From: Phoronis australis
Lineage: Eukaryota > Animalia > Phoronida
DNA length: 64,000 bases
Assembly: GCA_002633005.1 (NCBI GenBank)
Contig: NMRA01000106.1
Coordinates: 415,655-479,654 of the forward strand
Direction of reading: 5' to 3'
Shown: positions 40,101 to 51,600 of the stretch, in pieces
Position numbering within the stretch: the stretch's first letter is position 1
How the letters are laid out: each line of letters starts with the position of its first letter
Translations under genes and position numbers: made by a program
Notes under the pieces: generated by a model
Told to the model about the DNA's origin: nothing
Databases searched by the model: none
Seen by the model: only the letters and a program-made list of their open reading frames with translations

Positions 40101-43100
40101 TCCTCCTCATCAAGGGTGTAGGGGAGTTTTCGTCAGTGGGAAGGCTGAAGAGATATCGGCCCACAGATTGCAAAGCGATTCAACTGATAAGCCTCTCACT
40201 TCCTACACGACCGATCGTCCTCATCATCGCAGTTTGGTCCATACCCTCGTCATTCTTCAAGCCTACTATTCATCCTTCACTTTATAACCATCTAGTTATT
40301 CTCACTTGCTGTCACATTTGAGATTTTGGTTGGTGTGTTATTTCTCAGTCACTATAAACCGTGTTTTGGAGTCCAAAACAATTTCCTTCCCAGGTATGTT
40401 TGTTTTTCCAAAGCATCGCCATGTTCTTTTCTCATCTTTAAGTTGAATCAGTTACAACAAAGTACCTGACGTGTAATCCTCCTTAAGACATACTGCTTCG
40501 GCAGCTGAAACTAACCAAGATTTTTCATTGAAATCCCCATGTTTGGTTACATTATATATCCACTCTTTCTTTATACAGGCTGTCTGGACTCTTTGTTCCG
40601 AGTGCCTACAGAATTTCAGCTTTTACAATGCATGCAATGATTTTTCCACAGGACATCAAGATGCTTGTGAAACAGTATCAAAGGTGTTATGCTGCCAATC
40701 GCCGTGTGGAGGACCCCATGCAGTTCTATATAACTAGTTTTGGTGGACGTACGCTGGACAAACTGAAGAGCTATGGTCACTTCAGAGGCTGGGACGTGAG
40801 TCATAACTAGGCTTGAGAGTGATACTATTGAGTACGCAGAGTTCAAACTGGGTACAGAAAATCATCCGGCTTGGATCCCCACTGGACTATTAATTTGGGT
40901 GTCGGTACTCAGTATTCGTAGATCACACAGAAGAAATGCTGTTGAGGGGATCAAATTTTGCTTCAAATTTTTGGTGTCAAGAACTGGAGGGTATCGAGAA
41001 GAGTCTTGACTATTTTGTACACCCCATGACCACTTTGTCTCCGTGACACTAACGCTACCTGTTGTTGCTTGTGGGCATTCAAATTTGAAATCCAAGTCAA
41101 ATATTGTGAAATCCTTGTGAAATTGGCTTGAGAAGGTCTGCTGTTGAGGCATTGGTTTTGTACCAAATTACGTTGTATGCTGTAGTATTATAGCCATGGT
41201 TTTATTCGAAGGGTTGCCTTCATAGATGTGAGAATATAAGAGGTAGACTCTGAAATGATTCATTGACACTAGTTCATACAAATCTACGTTACTTATCTTC
41301 TTTTCAGTTGTGCTTGTTCTGTTAGTTCAGCTGTTCTATTCAATAATATACTCATTAGCTGGACATGTTACTAATAGTAATGTCCACTGCTGGTTTCAGA
41401 TATACTACAAGAGTGAGAACTACATCGAGGCATTTGGAAAGGACAACGTTGTGTATCTGAGCAGTGACTCTGATAATGTGTTGATGGAGCTTGACCCATC
41501 CAAAGTTTATATCATTGGTGGTTTGGTGGACCATAACCACCACAAAGTGAGTATAATGCTTTTATATGGTCAACTATGGTGTGTAATGTTACCAATTGCT
41601 AGTAGAAGGTCTTCCAGTTGAAATGTTAAATTTTAATACATGGCTGCATTGAATGATGGGTGAAATATGTATTAGTTAGTAAGTTTTATGTCAGGTGACT
41701 TCAGATGAGCCATTTAATGTATGAGTGTAGTGGTCTCATTCTTGTGGCTTGTCCACGTCGACTGTCTCTCAGAGGGTGTCGTATCTTCTAAACCCTTGTT
41801 TAGCATATTATAATGTTGAATATAGCAGATGCCAAATCCACATTGATTCTCACATTCAGTAGGATGAAATTTTGGAAGACAAACATTCTGGCAAAACATC
41901 AGTTTTTATGTTAACTTTGTCAGTCACAAGTTTTCTGCAGATTCATTTTCTCTCAGTTTGGTAATGCTGGGCATTTGACTTGTACAGAGTGCCACTTTGT
42001 GTGCCCATCAATGCAACATTTGACTTGTACAGAGTGCCACTTTGTGTGTCCATCAATGCAACATTTGACTTGTACAGAGTGCCACTTTGTGTGCCCATCA
42101 ATGCAACATTTGACTTGTACAGAGTGCCACTTTGTGTGTCCATCAATGCAACATTTGACTTGTACAGAGTGCCACTTTGTGTGTCCATCAATGCAACATT
42201 TGACTTGTACAGGGTGCCACTTTGTGTGTCCAACAAGGCAATATTTGTTCATTAGCATGTAATGTATGTATCTCAAACAATCAGGAATCTTTGGTCCGTA
42301 AATACAAAGGTTCATTCTGTAAGGTCAACCTAGATATGACACCCTTAAAATGTTGGCTACTACTAATAAATCTGATCTGATATCAACTGCGAGTCATGCC
42401 AACCATTACTGAATATTAAGAAGACAGTCAGAAATGGTTGCATTACGTATGGTTGTGCCATGATGAATGTTACTTAACACTGATGTGGAATGACATGCTT
42501 AAAGTCACAAGGATAACATCCCCAATCTCTTCAATGTATTTTAAAAATTCTTAAGTTTGAGACTGGAATGATAAAATTAATGCAAAAATTGTCATATTGA
42601 TGACTTTCAGATACTTACATAGCATTGTTGCAAATGCTAAAATCCGGTGTTTGGTGGCAGCTGTTCCATACGAACCATGCTAACAAGAAAGTAACATGTT
42701 CCTAAAACTTATTTTTGTGAAAAAAGTTCACAAAATCACAATTCCACTTTTTCTGTTCTAGTTAGTCGTTTTGTGCTAACTCAAGTTTCTCTGCCTTGTT
42801 TGTTACACGTGAGTTGTTACATTTCCAGGGTCTGTGCCATAGACTTGCTGAGGAGAAGGGTATCGCACATGCACAGTTGCCCATCGGTGAATTTTTGGAC
42901 ATGAAAACGAGAAAGGTTCTTACCATTAATCATGGTATGGCTGCTCTTTCTTTGTTCATTCTTGCTGTATGGTGTAATGTTAGCAACAGTAATAATGTTG
43001 AGAAATACTGCTTTGTCTCACTATGCGCCTTTGCTGTTTTATTTTGTGAACATAGCAAAATGTGAAATATTCTGTATGTAGTGTATGTAGAACAAGTCAC

Positions 43101-44753
43101 AACAATTCTCTCATACATTTGATGTTGTGGACAAAACTCGTTGAATCTCATTCAGTCTGATAGAACCCTCATCTTTTAATGTTAGAGTTGATTTTGGCAG
43201 GTTAAAATTGGCAAAGTTCAAAGTGAGATAGAACAAGAATTTAGCAGTTTATTAAGCCAAAACAACTGCTGATCTCTATTCCAGGCAAAGTGTAATCATA
43301 GGAAAAGAACAATGATATTTGATTTTTGCGTGAATCTCAAAATTAAGTGAAACACTAGACACTCAACATTTTGTGAAAGGGGATGTCCCCAGGTAACAGC
43401 CGTATTGTCTAAGCAGTACTCAAAGACAGTAATAAGGTTATGACGGACCTGATCGATTTGCCTGTGTATTTTAAAAACTATAGCTTTCAGCTTTGTAAAA
43501 GTATATATTTTATGAAAGTAGAAAGCCTGTAGAATTTGAATTTTGCCTTAAAACCTCGCTGCTGTTAATTGGATCATGTGGTCATATGTTTTTATTAAAA
43601 TTTAGCAAAAGGAAGGCACGTCCATAGCAAAACATCGTAATCAATAACATTGACCAAATTTGTTTGTACAAGATGAGGTCTCAAAAACACTGTTACACTT
43701 TTCAAAATTATCATTTTGTTTTATTTTGTTTTCATTTGATATCACTTTTGACTTTTTTTCATAAAAATCCTATTTTTTGATAGCCCTCATGCATAAGTGA
43801 AAAATTAAAAAGAATTCAAGCATCATTTTGGAGAAAAGTGTTTCGAAATTCCACTGAATCAGATGAGCCATTTCAGAGGATTTTCCAAAGTTTACAAAAT
43901 TTGACTATTTTTTGGAGGGTCCTACATAACCTAAAATTGACAGATTTATTCATGAGTTTTTAATCTCGAGTTTGCTCTTTCTTGCTACAGAGTATGAATT
44001 ATCTGATTTTTGTTTGCGTTTGATTTACATAACTACCAGTAAGTTTTAAGAAGTATGCGGCATTCTGTTAGTTGTTCCATTGACAAAGAAGTTGGACTAC
44101 TTAAAAGTAATTCTGAACTATTACCTCTAATTTAGTTTCAAAGAATTCAGTTATTATTGTGCATAGTCATTTTCCTTGAAGCACCAGCCCCTATATCCTG
44201 TTATTTTGACAACAACAGCACAACCTTACTACTATTCAGCTGTTATATTTACATTTCTTTTATTCGGTTTTAATCACCATGTGTAGTTGATTCATTGTAA
44301 GCTTAGCTAACCCAGACGACCTGATTGCGTATTTGATAATCACTATGACAGATGTTACGTAATGGGGTGCTGATAAACGTTTTAACAATAAACACTAGTT
44401 TGTTTTCATTTGTATTTATTGTTGTACATGAATGATCTATTATAGACGTGATTTCAAAAGTTCTTAAATTTTAAGTCATCTTTGCCTTGATGCTATTTGT
44501 TACCATGGCATTGAGACAGGACAAATTGTCCATTAGTTAAAACAACCTTTTCAATATGTTCTTTGTTTCAGTGTTCGAAATCATTCTGAAGTTTGTCAAG
44601 TTGAACGACTGGGAGAGAGCCTTCTATGAGGTGATACCGAAAAGAAAATTAACTGTTGTTGCGAAAACTAAGCAGGTCACTAAGCAGGTAGACTCTGCAA
44701 ACAGTCTTTCAGGTAGTGAGAATGAATGGGATGGTGAAACAGAGAAAAATTAA
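37154..44753 (+). CDS. TRMT10A: tRNA (guanine-N1)-methyltransferase TRMT10A/Trm10 (SPOUT family, m1G9), 339 aa, 6 coding exons
   Basis: Exons 37154-37428, 39922-40087, 40652-40795, 41400-41546, 42829-42934 and 44572-44753 are GT-AG and phase-consistent (1020 nt). Motifs: LSKRQLKKL, IDSSFDDLMSDKDI, QRCYAANRR, VYLSSDSDNVL, YIIGGLVDHNHHKG, AQLPI, RKVLTINHVFEII, WERAFYEVIPKRK. The A-paralogue assignment is by recalled similarity. Confidence 0.93.
38157..38472 (+). repeat. 44-bp direct duplication (38157-38200 and 38429-38472) in a TRMT10A intron
   Basis: cataacagttgacaatgagtgattgtcacgccatctgttggtca versus cataacagttgataataagtgattgtcactccatctattggtca. Confidence 0.8.
39019..39210. mobile_element. 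Partial copy of the 45278-45680 MITE in a TRMT10A intron
   Basis: agtgtctattattccatgctcgagtaca and tttatgcaaatgagtttctagtccaaatttgc match the arms of the 45.3-45.7 kb element. Confidence 0.6.
41972..42232. repeat. Minisatellite, 45 bp x about 5.8, in a TRMT10A intron
   Basis: catttgacttgtacagagtgccactttgtgtg(c/t)ccatcaatgcaa repeated almost perfectly. Confidence 0.97.
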
Positions 44754-45277
44754 TTTGTATGTTGTGTTTATTGTGTCATCGTTTTATCACTGCAGTCATA
44801 ACTTGCTCATCATAGTTTGACTGCACTATCTGTTGAACCATTTATTTTTAAGACATCTTGCTTTCTCATTTGTGATTTTCTTCCATTTCTATGATTTTAC
44901 TGGAAAATTCAGTTTGCTCTGCTTAAAGAGTAAATTACTGATCACATGCAAGTGTCTTATTATTTATTTAACTGGATGTGTCTCAGTATTTAAGTCATGA
45001 CATTTAGTGGAAAAACAGCCAAATGGAGGTATGCAGTGTTGACATACAAATGAATTGAGAAACCTTGTTGCTATTGCATAATTTGTGATGGCGTTTATGA
45101 TTGACTCAAGCCTTGTCCAAACAGTCTAATTGTTTAATAATATTTTGTATTGTGGAGCCATGTATGACATCAGACTGTGTAAGACAGTGCTCCCTTTGTC
45201 GTATATGATTTCTCCTGGGTCATGCAATCCTGTGGTAGCACTACTCAAAATCAAAAACTGACAATCTGATTGTGGAG

Positions 45278-45680
45278 ACCGGCCCGGTCTCTAATCTTTG
45301 TACTCGAAACGAACTCGAAACTATTTTTGGCAATTTCTCTGCTCCTTTTGTGCGAACTTAAGATAATTGGTTATCAGACTGTGCTCGAATACATTATAGT
45401 TTATGCATAGGAGTTTCTAGTTCAAGTTTGCCCTTGAAGACCCTTATATTCGTGCTCCAAATTCGAGTAAAAACTCGAAATTTCGAGTTCAAACTTATTG
45501 CTTTAATATTGGGTTTACAAACTGTGAACTAAGGGCAATAAATTATCTACATAAGTTATTTTGTACTCGAGCATAGAATAATAGACACTTATCTTGATTT
45601 CGCCCAAAAGTAGAGTAGAAAATGCCAAACCTAATTTCGAGTTCCATTTCGAGTAAAAAGATTTGAGACCGAGACCAGGT
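45278..45680. mobile_element. About 400-bp palindromic MITE (TACTCGA-rich), downstream of the TRMT10A stop
   Basis: cggtctctaatctttgtactcgaaacgaactcgaaa versus tttcgagttccatttcgagtaaaaagatttgagaccg; a partial related copy lies at about 39019-39210. Confidence 0.7.
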
Positions 45681-46046
45681 TAAAGGAATATGCGGAGTGA
45701 GACTGGGGATGACATGTCACTGTATTCAAATTACGAGGTCTCATTCAACAATCCGATGTTTTGGTGTTGGCTATTTTTGTTGTCAAATTTAAGTTTTTGA
45801 TAGATTGGTGTAATGTAAGAGTTGCACTTTAGTTATGAGTTTTGGGAGAAGTGCTGCTTCTAGACAACTTGGCAAAAAGACCTCTTAAAGGGGACGCAGC
45901 CGGTTTTAAGCCGAGAAAAAACGCATTTTTGGGATTACTGCTGGTTGTGACAGACTTGTTGAAGTTCCTAGCTTTGACCAGAAATACAAACAGCAATACA
46001 CATTGAGCTTTTGGATTTCATTGCACATTGATTTGCCAATTCTCAC

Positions 46047-46259
46047 CATTGACTGTTAGTCATCCACTGAAATCCAAGTCATTGACTGTTAGTCATCCAC
46101 TGAAATCCAAGTCATTGACTGTTAGTCATCCACTGAAATCCAAGTCATTGACTGTCAGTCATCCACTGAAATCCAAGTCATTGACTGTCAGTCATCCACT
46201 GAAATCCAAGTTATTGACTGTCAATCATCCACTGAAATCCAAGTCATTGACTGTTAGTC
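46047..46259. repeat. Minisatellite, 33 bp x about 6.5
   Basis: cattgactg(t/c)agtcatccactgaaatccaagt-type unit repeated. Confidence 0.95.
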
Positions 46260-47969
46260 TTAAAATAAATACTCTGCTATTTACTGAGTGAGGTTCCGCT
46301 CCACTAGTGAAGTGTCAGACTGTTGCAGTGGTTGATCTCAGTAAAAACACGTTTTCGACAGTTGTATCACTTTATAATGGTCTGGCGAATTCCAGTGTTA
46401 GCTGACAATTTGTGATGATCTTCAAAAACTAGTAGTTAATTTGCATAAATGTTTGTGAATGATGTGTTGGGTCTTGACGTTATAGAAAGCTGCATTACAT
46501 GTTGTCGTATTTTGCTTATTTTTCAGACTGAAGCACTGGGGTAATTGTTTTGGGTAATTGATTTCTGTTTCCTAAATAAATCTAGTCGACAGTTTACTGT
46601 GAGGTCAAGTATCCTGAGTGTCGGGTGCACACTAATGGTGCTCGTCCGTTACCTTTGTTGCACATTTTATTAGTTTTTGTAAGGTTTGTGAAAATGGCTT
46701 ATTTGTTCAGTCAGTATCTGTTTTGTTGTAATAATTCATCATTATACATGTCACAAATCAAAAAATATAAAATTGTATTAAACGTATCTTTATTATTTAT
46801 GATCCCACAGTCCTCATTATTTGCACATCAATTCACAACAAACATTACATTAATTTTCAAATATGATATGACATCTCTATATACAATACATGACATTGAA
46901 GCTATGTCATTAAGGTTGCTGAATCCTTGATTTTTTCATTTTTGATGGACTTTTTCGAATTGAAACTAGACAAACAGTACAAGATTTTACAAAGTTTTGA
47001 ATTTTTTCCATCAACAGGCTGAGGCCATCGGTAGTTGTTAATATTCCAGACTTTTCTGGAGACACCAATTAAATTTTTCTTGTGCATGTAGGTGTAGAAT
47101 GCTTTGGGTATTTTTTACCCAGAGCAAAGATGACATTCTTATAGCTCACAAAAACTTCACTTTAATTTGAATTATAACCATCACCAAACTCGGGTCCAGC
47201 AACTTTAATGCTATAATCTTAAAGTTCAAACTGTTTTACATTTGCAGGCACAAAACCGAGTACCACAGTAGCTGTTCCATTTTATAAACGATTCACGGTC
47301 TAACAGACATGTTATGTACTACATTTTGTCGTAGGCATGCCTAACTGAATACCAACACCAACCGATATATTTACAGTGTAGTATATCACAGTCCTGCTAC
47401 ACAGCTAAGGATTTGAGAAACTTTTTCAGAAACTGGCTGTACATTTTATGCACCTGTAGTAACTAATGGCTTTGTATATCATGTAATGTGATCTAGCGCA
47501 ACTGTTACTGAGGAACTGCTACAATAAATATACACTAATTTATTTCGTTATTGAGCAAAAACCTGAATTGCATATTGTTGTCATGGTTATTTTACATACC
47601 ACAGTCCGCTGCATAAAGAAGTTTTACCCAACCGTGAAGTGTTCCACCACCTCGATTCTTTGAAACTGTGTATGGTCCGTTTTGTTCGTCATTACGCCAA
47701 AAATGCAGATCTTTCAGTGAATTGAATATTTGTAAAACTTTGTCATTTGGATTTGCTAAAAACCACAATTTTCACTTTGAAACACTTGTAGGCTAACGTG
47801 TAAATTTTGGTGTCGGTGATGATTTAGGGATTTTTGAACAGTAAACAGTCTCACTGACAAGTTTTGACGAAGAAAGAAGCTGATGCATTTCGTTTCCTGG
47901 AAACGATTGCTGCCTGATTGGTGGGCAACTAAACAAATTTTCAGTTTCATTTCTAAATGATATTTTCTC

Positions 47970-48217
47970 TCAATTCACCGTCGATTTCTCAGGTTCCCAT
48001 TTCTTCTCCAGCAAGATTGACTTGAGTATGTTCTCCGTCTGCTCCGCTGTGTTAGTATTTTCTTTTGTTGGCGTGGTCAATCGAAGGATGGGCTTAGCGT
48101 AGGCGGGCTTGGGTGGGTTAACTTTCAGCAGCTGACTGGTGGGAGGTCTGTCACGTGGGGAGTGCTTCACACGGAACACATCCGGGGATTTGGGAGGTTT
48201 CAGGTTTGCACTGGATT
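47970..48217 (-). CDS. Probable additional or alternative terminal exon of the TBATA-like gene
   Basis: Acceptor (gtgtgtgtttccag) followed by an 82-codon open frame (SSANLKPPKSPDVFRV...KKWEPEKSTVN*) that needs a phase-1 donor. A candidate donor is AACG|gtaata at 48953. Confidence 0.5.
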
Positions 48218-48620
48218 CTGGAAACACACACACACAAACTGTGACCACACGGCATCGAACAAACATAGTTTATGTTCTTTGGTGAGAAACGTGCCAAACA
48301 TTTAAGTTTATATGAAATTCCTTTCGAACTCGTTGTCCGTCAAACATCGTTTTTACGTTTGACTCCTACTTCGTTCATCGAACGTCGTTCCACGGTAAAG
48401 AAGACATTTCAGAATAAATCCCCATACTTGTGTTACTAGAACAGATGAGGTTATTTTTCTGTTGAAAACTTTGCGATGTCGATTTTACCAAATATTTTTT
48501 TCTCATGAATTTCAGTAGCATTCAAATGAAAGCTTTCCCAAGAAAGTTTTAATTGAGGTGAGCGTTTTAAAAGAAATTGCTTATGATTTATGCGTCATCT
48601 ACATGTCAGTAAAATGCTTC

Positions 48621-51600
48621 TTAATCCGTTTCCATAGTTGTTTCGACTTTGTCAAAATCCGAAATGGATTGGTGTGTCTGAGCCACTGCTGATAGCGGTG
48701 TGTTGTAGTCTGGAAATGTATAGGGCTCCTCAACGAACGACACTTTTCCGTCGTTGTTGTTAATATTAGCGACAAACTCGAACATATTGGGATCTAATTT
48801 TGAAGGAGAGTTGTTAGTAGTAGTTACACGCGATTCTGGGTTCATTGCTGATGGCTGAACGTTAACAAACGTTGGAGTGTCGCTAGGTAACGGTGGCCTT
48901 GGTCTACTAGATACACCCGAAGTTTGTGAATCGAGGATATGGTTACTATTACCGTTAATCGTGCATTCTTTCGCTTTATCGTTCTTGGGCGACACTCTGG
49001 GTTGTTGCATATTGGGGTTCGCCTTGGCAGGGGACCAGGAGTAGCGCGTCCATTGGTTTATCATGTTTTCTGGCTTGTTCATTCCGGTTCTAGGAGATAT
49101 TCTTTCTAATGCCATTCTGCAAAGGAATTGGAAGAGATTATGACATTTTTTTGAAAATTTAAGTCTCTTTTATGGTGTTTTACGTCAAATTAATTTAGAA
49201 CATTTCCTGTAGCTGGTAAATTAACCCATTACGAACTAAAAACAAATCCAAATTTCTTTTGAAAATAGACTAGGCTAAAAGAGAGTTCTTACGTTGAATG
49301 TCTAGAGCTTGAACATTTCTATTTGAAAACCGGCATTAAATCAAGCAATAAATATTTTTTCGTGAAAAGAAAACACCAGCTACTATGATTTCTTGGCAAT
49401 TTGATTAGCATCAGTCAGGTCAATCTACTCCAAAACCATCAAATATTTTTGACAAGGCATCCAGCCTGCTGTTTTAGTTATTAAATACATAATACGTACT
49501 TTTCAATATTCGCAATTCGCTCTTCTTCTCCGTTCGTGTTGGTCTCCTGAGTGTGGTCGTGGAACTTAGCAGATGTCCTTACCCGACTTTCTCCGTCGAC
49601 TACTGTAGCAGACTTAAGTTTCTCGAAGTCGGTCTGTTGGATGACCGCAGCAGTGGCTGGTCTAGCCGAAATGTCGACAGCAGACTGTGGCTCGACGTAC
49701 TCAGCGTTAAACTGTTTATAATAGTCGTCTTTGCCGGCAATAGCAGATTTAATCAAATCTAAAACCAGTTGCTTTTCTGTAAAGATCAAACACGCATGAT
49801 CAAAACTACTAGATCGTACGCTGAGAAACAATTATCTGCTTATAATCAATTTTCGGTAGCAGGGTATCATTAAACGTTTCGCCGGTAGGGTATCATTTAA
49901 ATTTTCGACCATGTATCTTAATCCAGGCGTTCTGGAAGTTGATAACAGTTTGCACGACATCTGAAGTAAGAAAATTTACCTCTCTCTCCGGCAGAGCAGA
50001 GCCAAGCTTGAACAGCGTTGATGTCATCAGTTTGAAGGATTTGACAAAGCATTTGCAGAACCTGAAAATATGACGTCACAAGCGTGAGCCAAACTAATAG
50101 AAAACAAAAGCGACAATTAAGCGAGCAACCAAAGTGCAGTTCCACGTTGCTCTTTTATTTACAGAGGACGCAAATAGCTTCAATGACGGTAATACCTATA
50201 CGCTCCATTAGTAGTGAAAGAGAAAGCAAATATTTAACGAAGAAATAGGAGTCTCAATTTAGTGACTGGCCTGTTAAGATAACCTTGTTTTTCTATTGCT
50301 GGAGCACATTCAATGACACTCACACAACAGCTGGCAAATAGAAAACACTGTCGTTATTTTGTTGTGAATGGAATGGGAAGACTTTTCAAGACCAACAAAC
50401 AAACCTTTTCAATCAATATGACATGGCTATCCATTACAACTATTTAGTGGAATAACAGTGCGGTTACCATTGAGTTAGTTACCCGATACACTAATGGTTA
50501 ACTAAGTAGTTTTCACAGTTTGACCTGTTTGGAGCATGGCTTTGTTTTTGTTGCTATGGAGACAGTGTTACAGAAGCTCCTCTCTTATAAGAGGACTTTA
50601 ACAAACCGCTGTACTAGCGGCGTTTTAGGCTTTAAAGGGAAAAACAAGGATGATAAACGCTAAATAATTAATTTTTTACATAAATATATGCAACAAATGT
50701 TCTGGTTAAAATTTAAACCATCGTCAGCGCTGAAAGAATCCATCCTTAAGTAAAAATGTTTATTAAAGCGTTCACCATCACTGTACTGCGAACGAATTCT
50801 TTATCAAATACTTTCCATAAGAAATTTACTCATATTTTCTCGAAAAATCTGACTACATTAGTAATATAATCTTGCTTTGTGCGCAAAAGGGTATACTTTG
50901 TCATTGCAAATCTCACCGGAACACGACACGAAATAAAAAGATACAAACACAATACATTTAGGAACTTCGTAGGTCTGGTGTTAAACTATACTCAGTTTCT
51001 AAAGGGCAAATAAGCAAAGGCTAAGACCGACAGCTAATCCAGCAAAATTTTAATAAAACACGTCCGAATCTTATAATCCCGAGGAGGATTAAACTTGACA
51101 AGCAATATTGGCAATACCCTTAAAAGCGGCTGAATGGCGTTCCTATAAAACTATTATAAAAACGTAGATCCTGTTACATTTTACTTGGCGTTTTCAGGAT
51201 TTGATGGGGTGGCGTGACACGACTCACTAGTTTGGCAAACGATAACCTAAGGACATAGTTGTTTGGCGAACAACAGCTTTCAAATTCCAAATAATAATGT
51301 TTTTCTAATGTTATAGTGAAACAGGTTTCTTCTCGACCCAGATTTAAAAATAGTTCTCTTTGAAATGGAAACAGAGATTTGGTTCACCGATTTGAATAAT
51401 ATAATTAAATTTTAGGGAATAATGGAAATTTGTATGTATACATTTAGTAATACGAAAATGTATTAGCTTTGTAAGTGCATGAATATTATGTTTCACAACA
51501 GTACGGCAAAAGTAGAACACGGGACAGCAAAAACTGTAACATTGCACTTAGTTGGTGAGTCCAAAGCGGTGATGTAGTCGTTGCTATTTGTGTCACCTGA

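Noticed and set aside
41975-42262. ORF with six CxxCH motifs (CTECH/CTGCH) resembling a multiheme cytochrome c
   Set aside because: It is the translation of a 45-bp intronic minisatellite that is open in several frames on both strands. It has no ATG context or splice support and lies between two phase-matched TRMT10A exons.
42460-42540. Intronic C/D-box snoRNA candidate (ATGATGA ... CTGA)
   Set aside because: No terminal D box or closing stem at a suitable distance.
41972-46259. 45-bp and 33-bp arrays (and the 37-bp array at 29454) as CRISPR arrays
   Set aside because: Head-to-tail repeats with no unique spacers, no cas genes, and a eukaryotic context.
46028-46291. Repetitive ORF (LTVSHPLKSKS)n
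   Set aside because: Translation of the 33-bp minisatellite.
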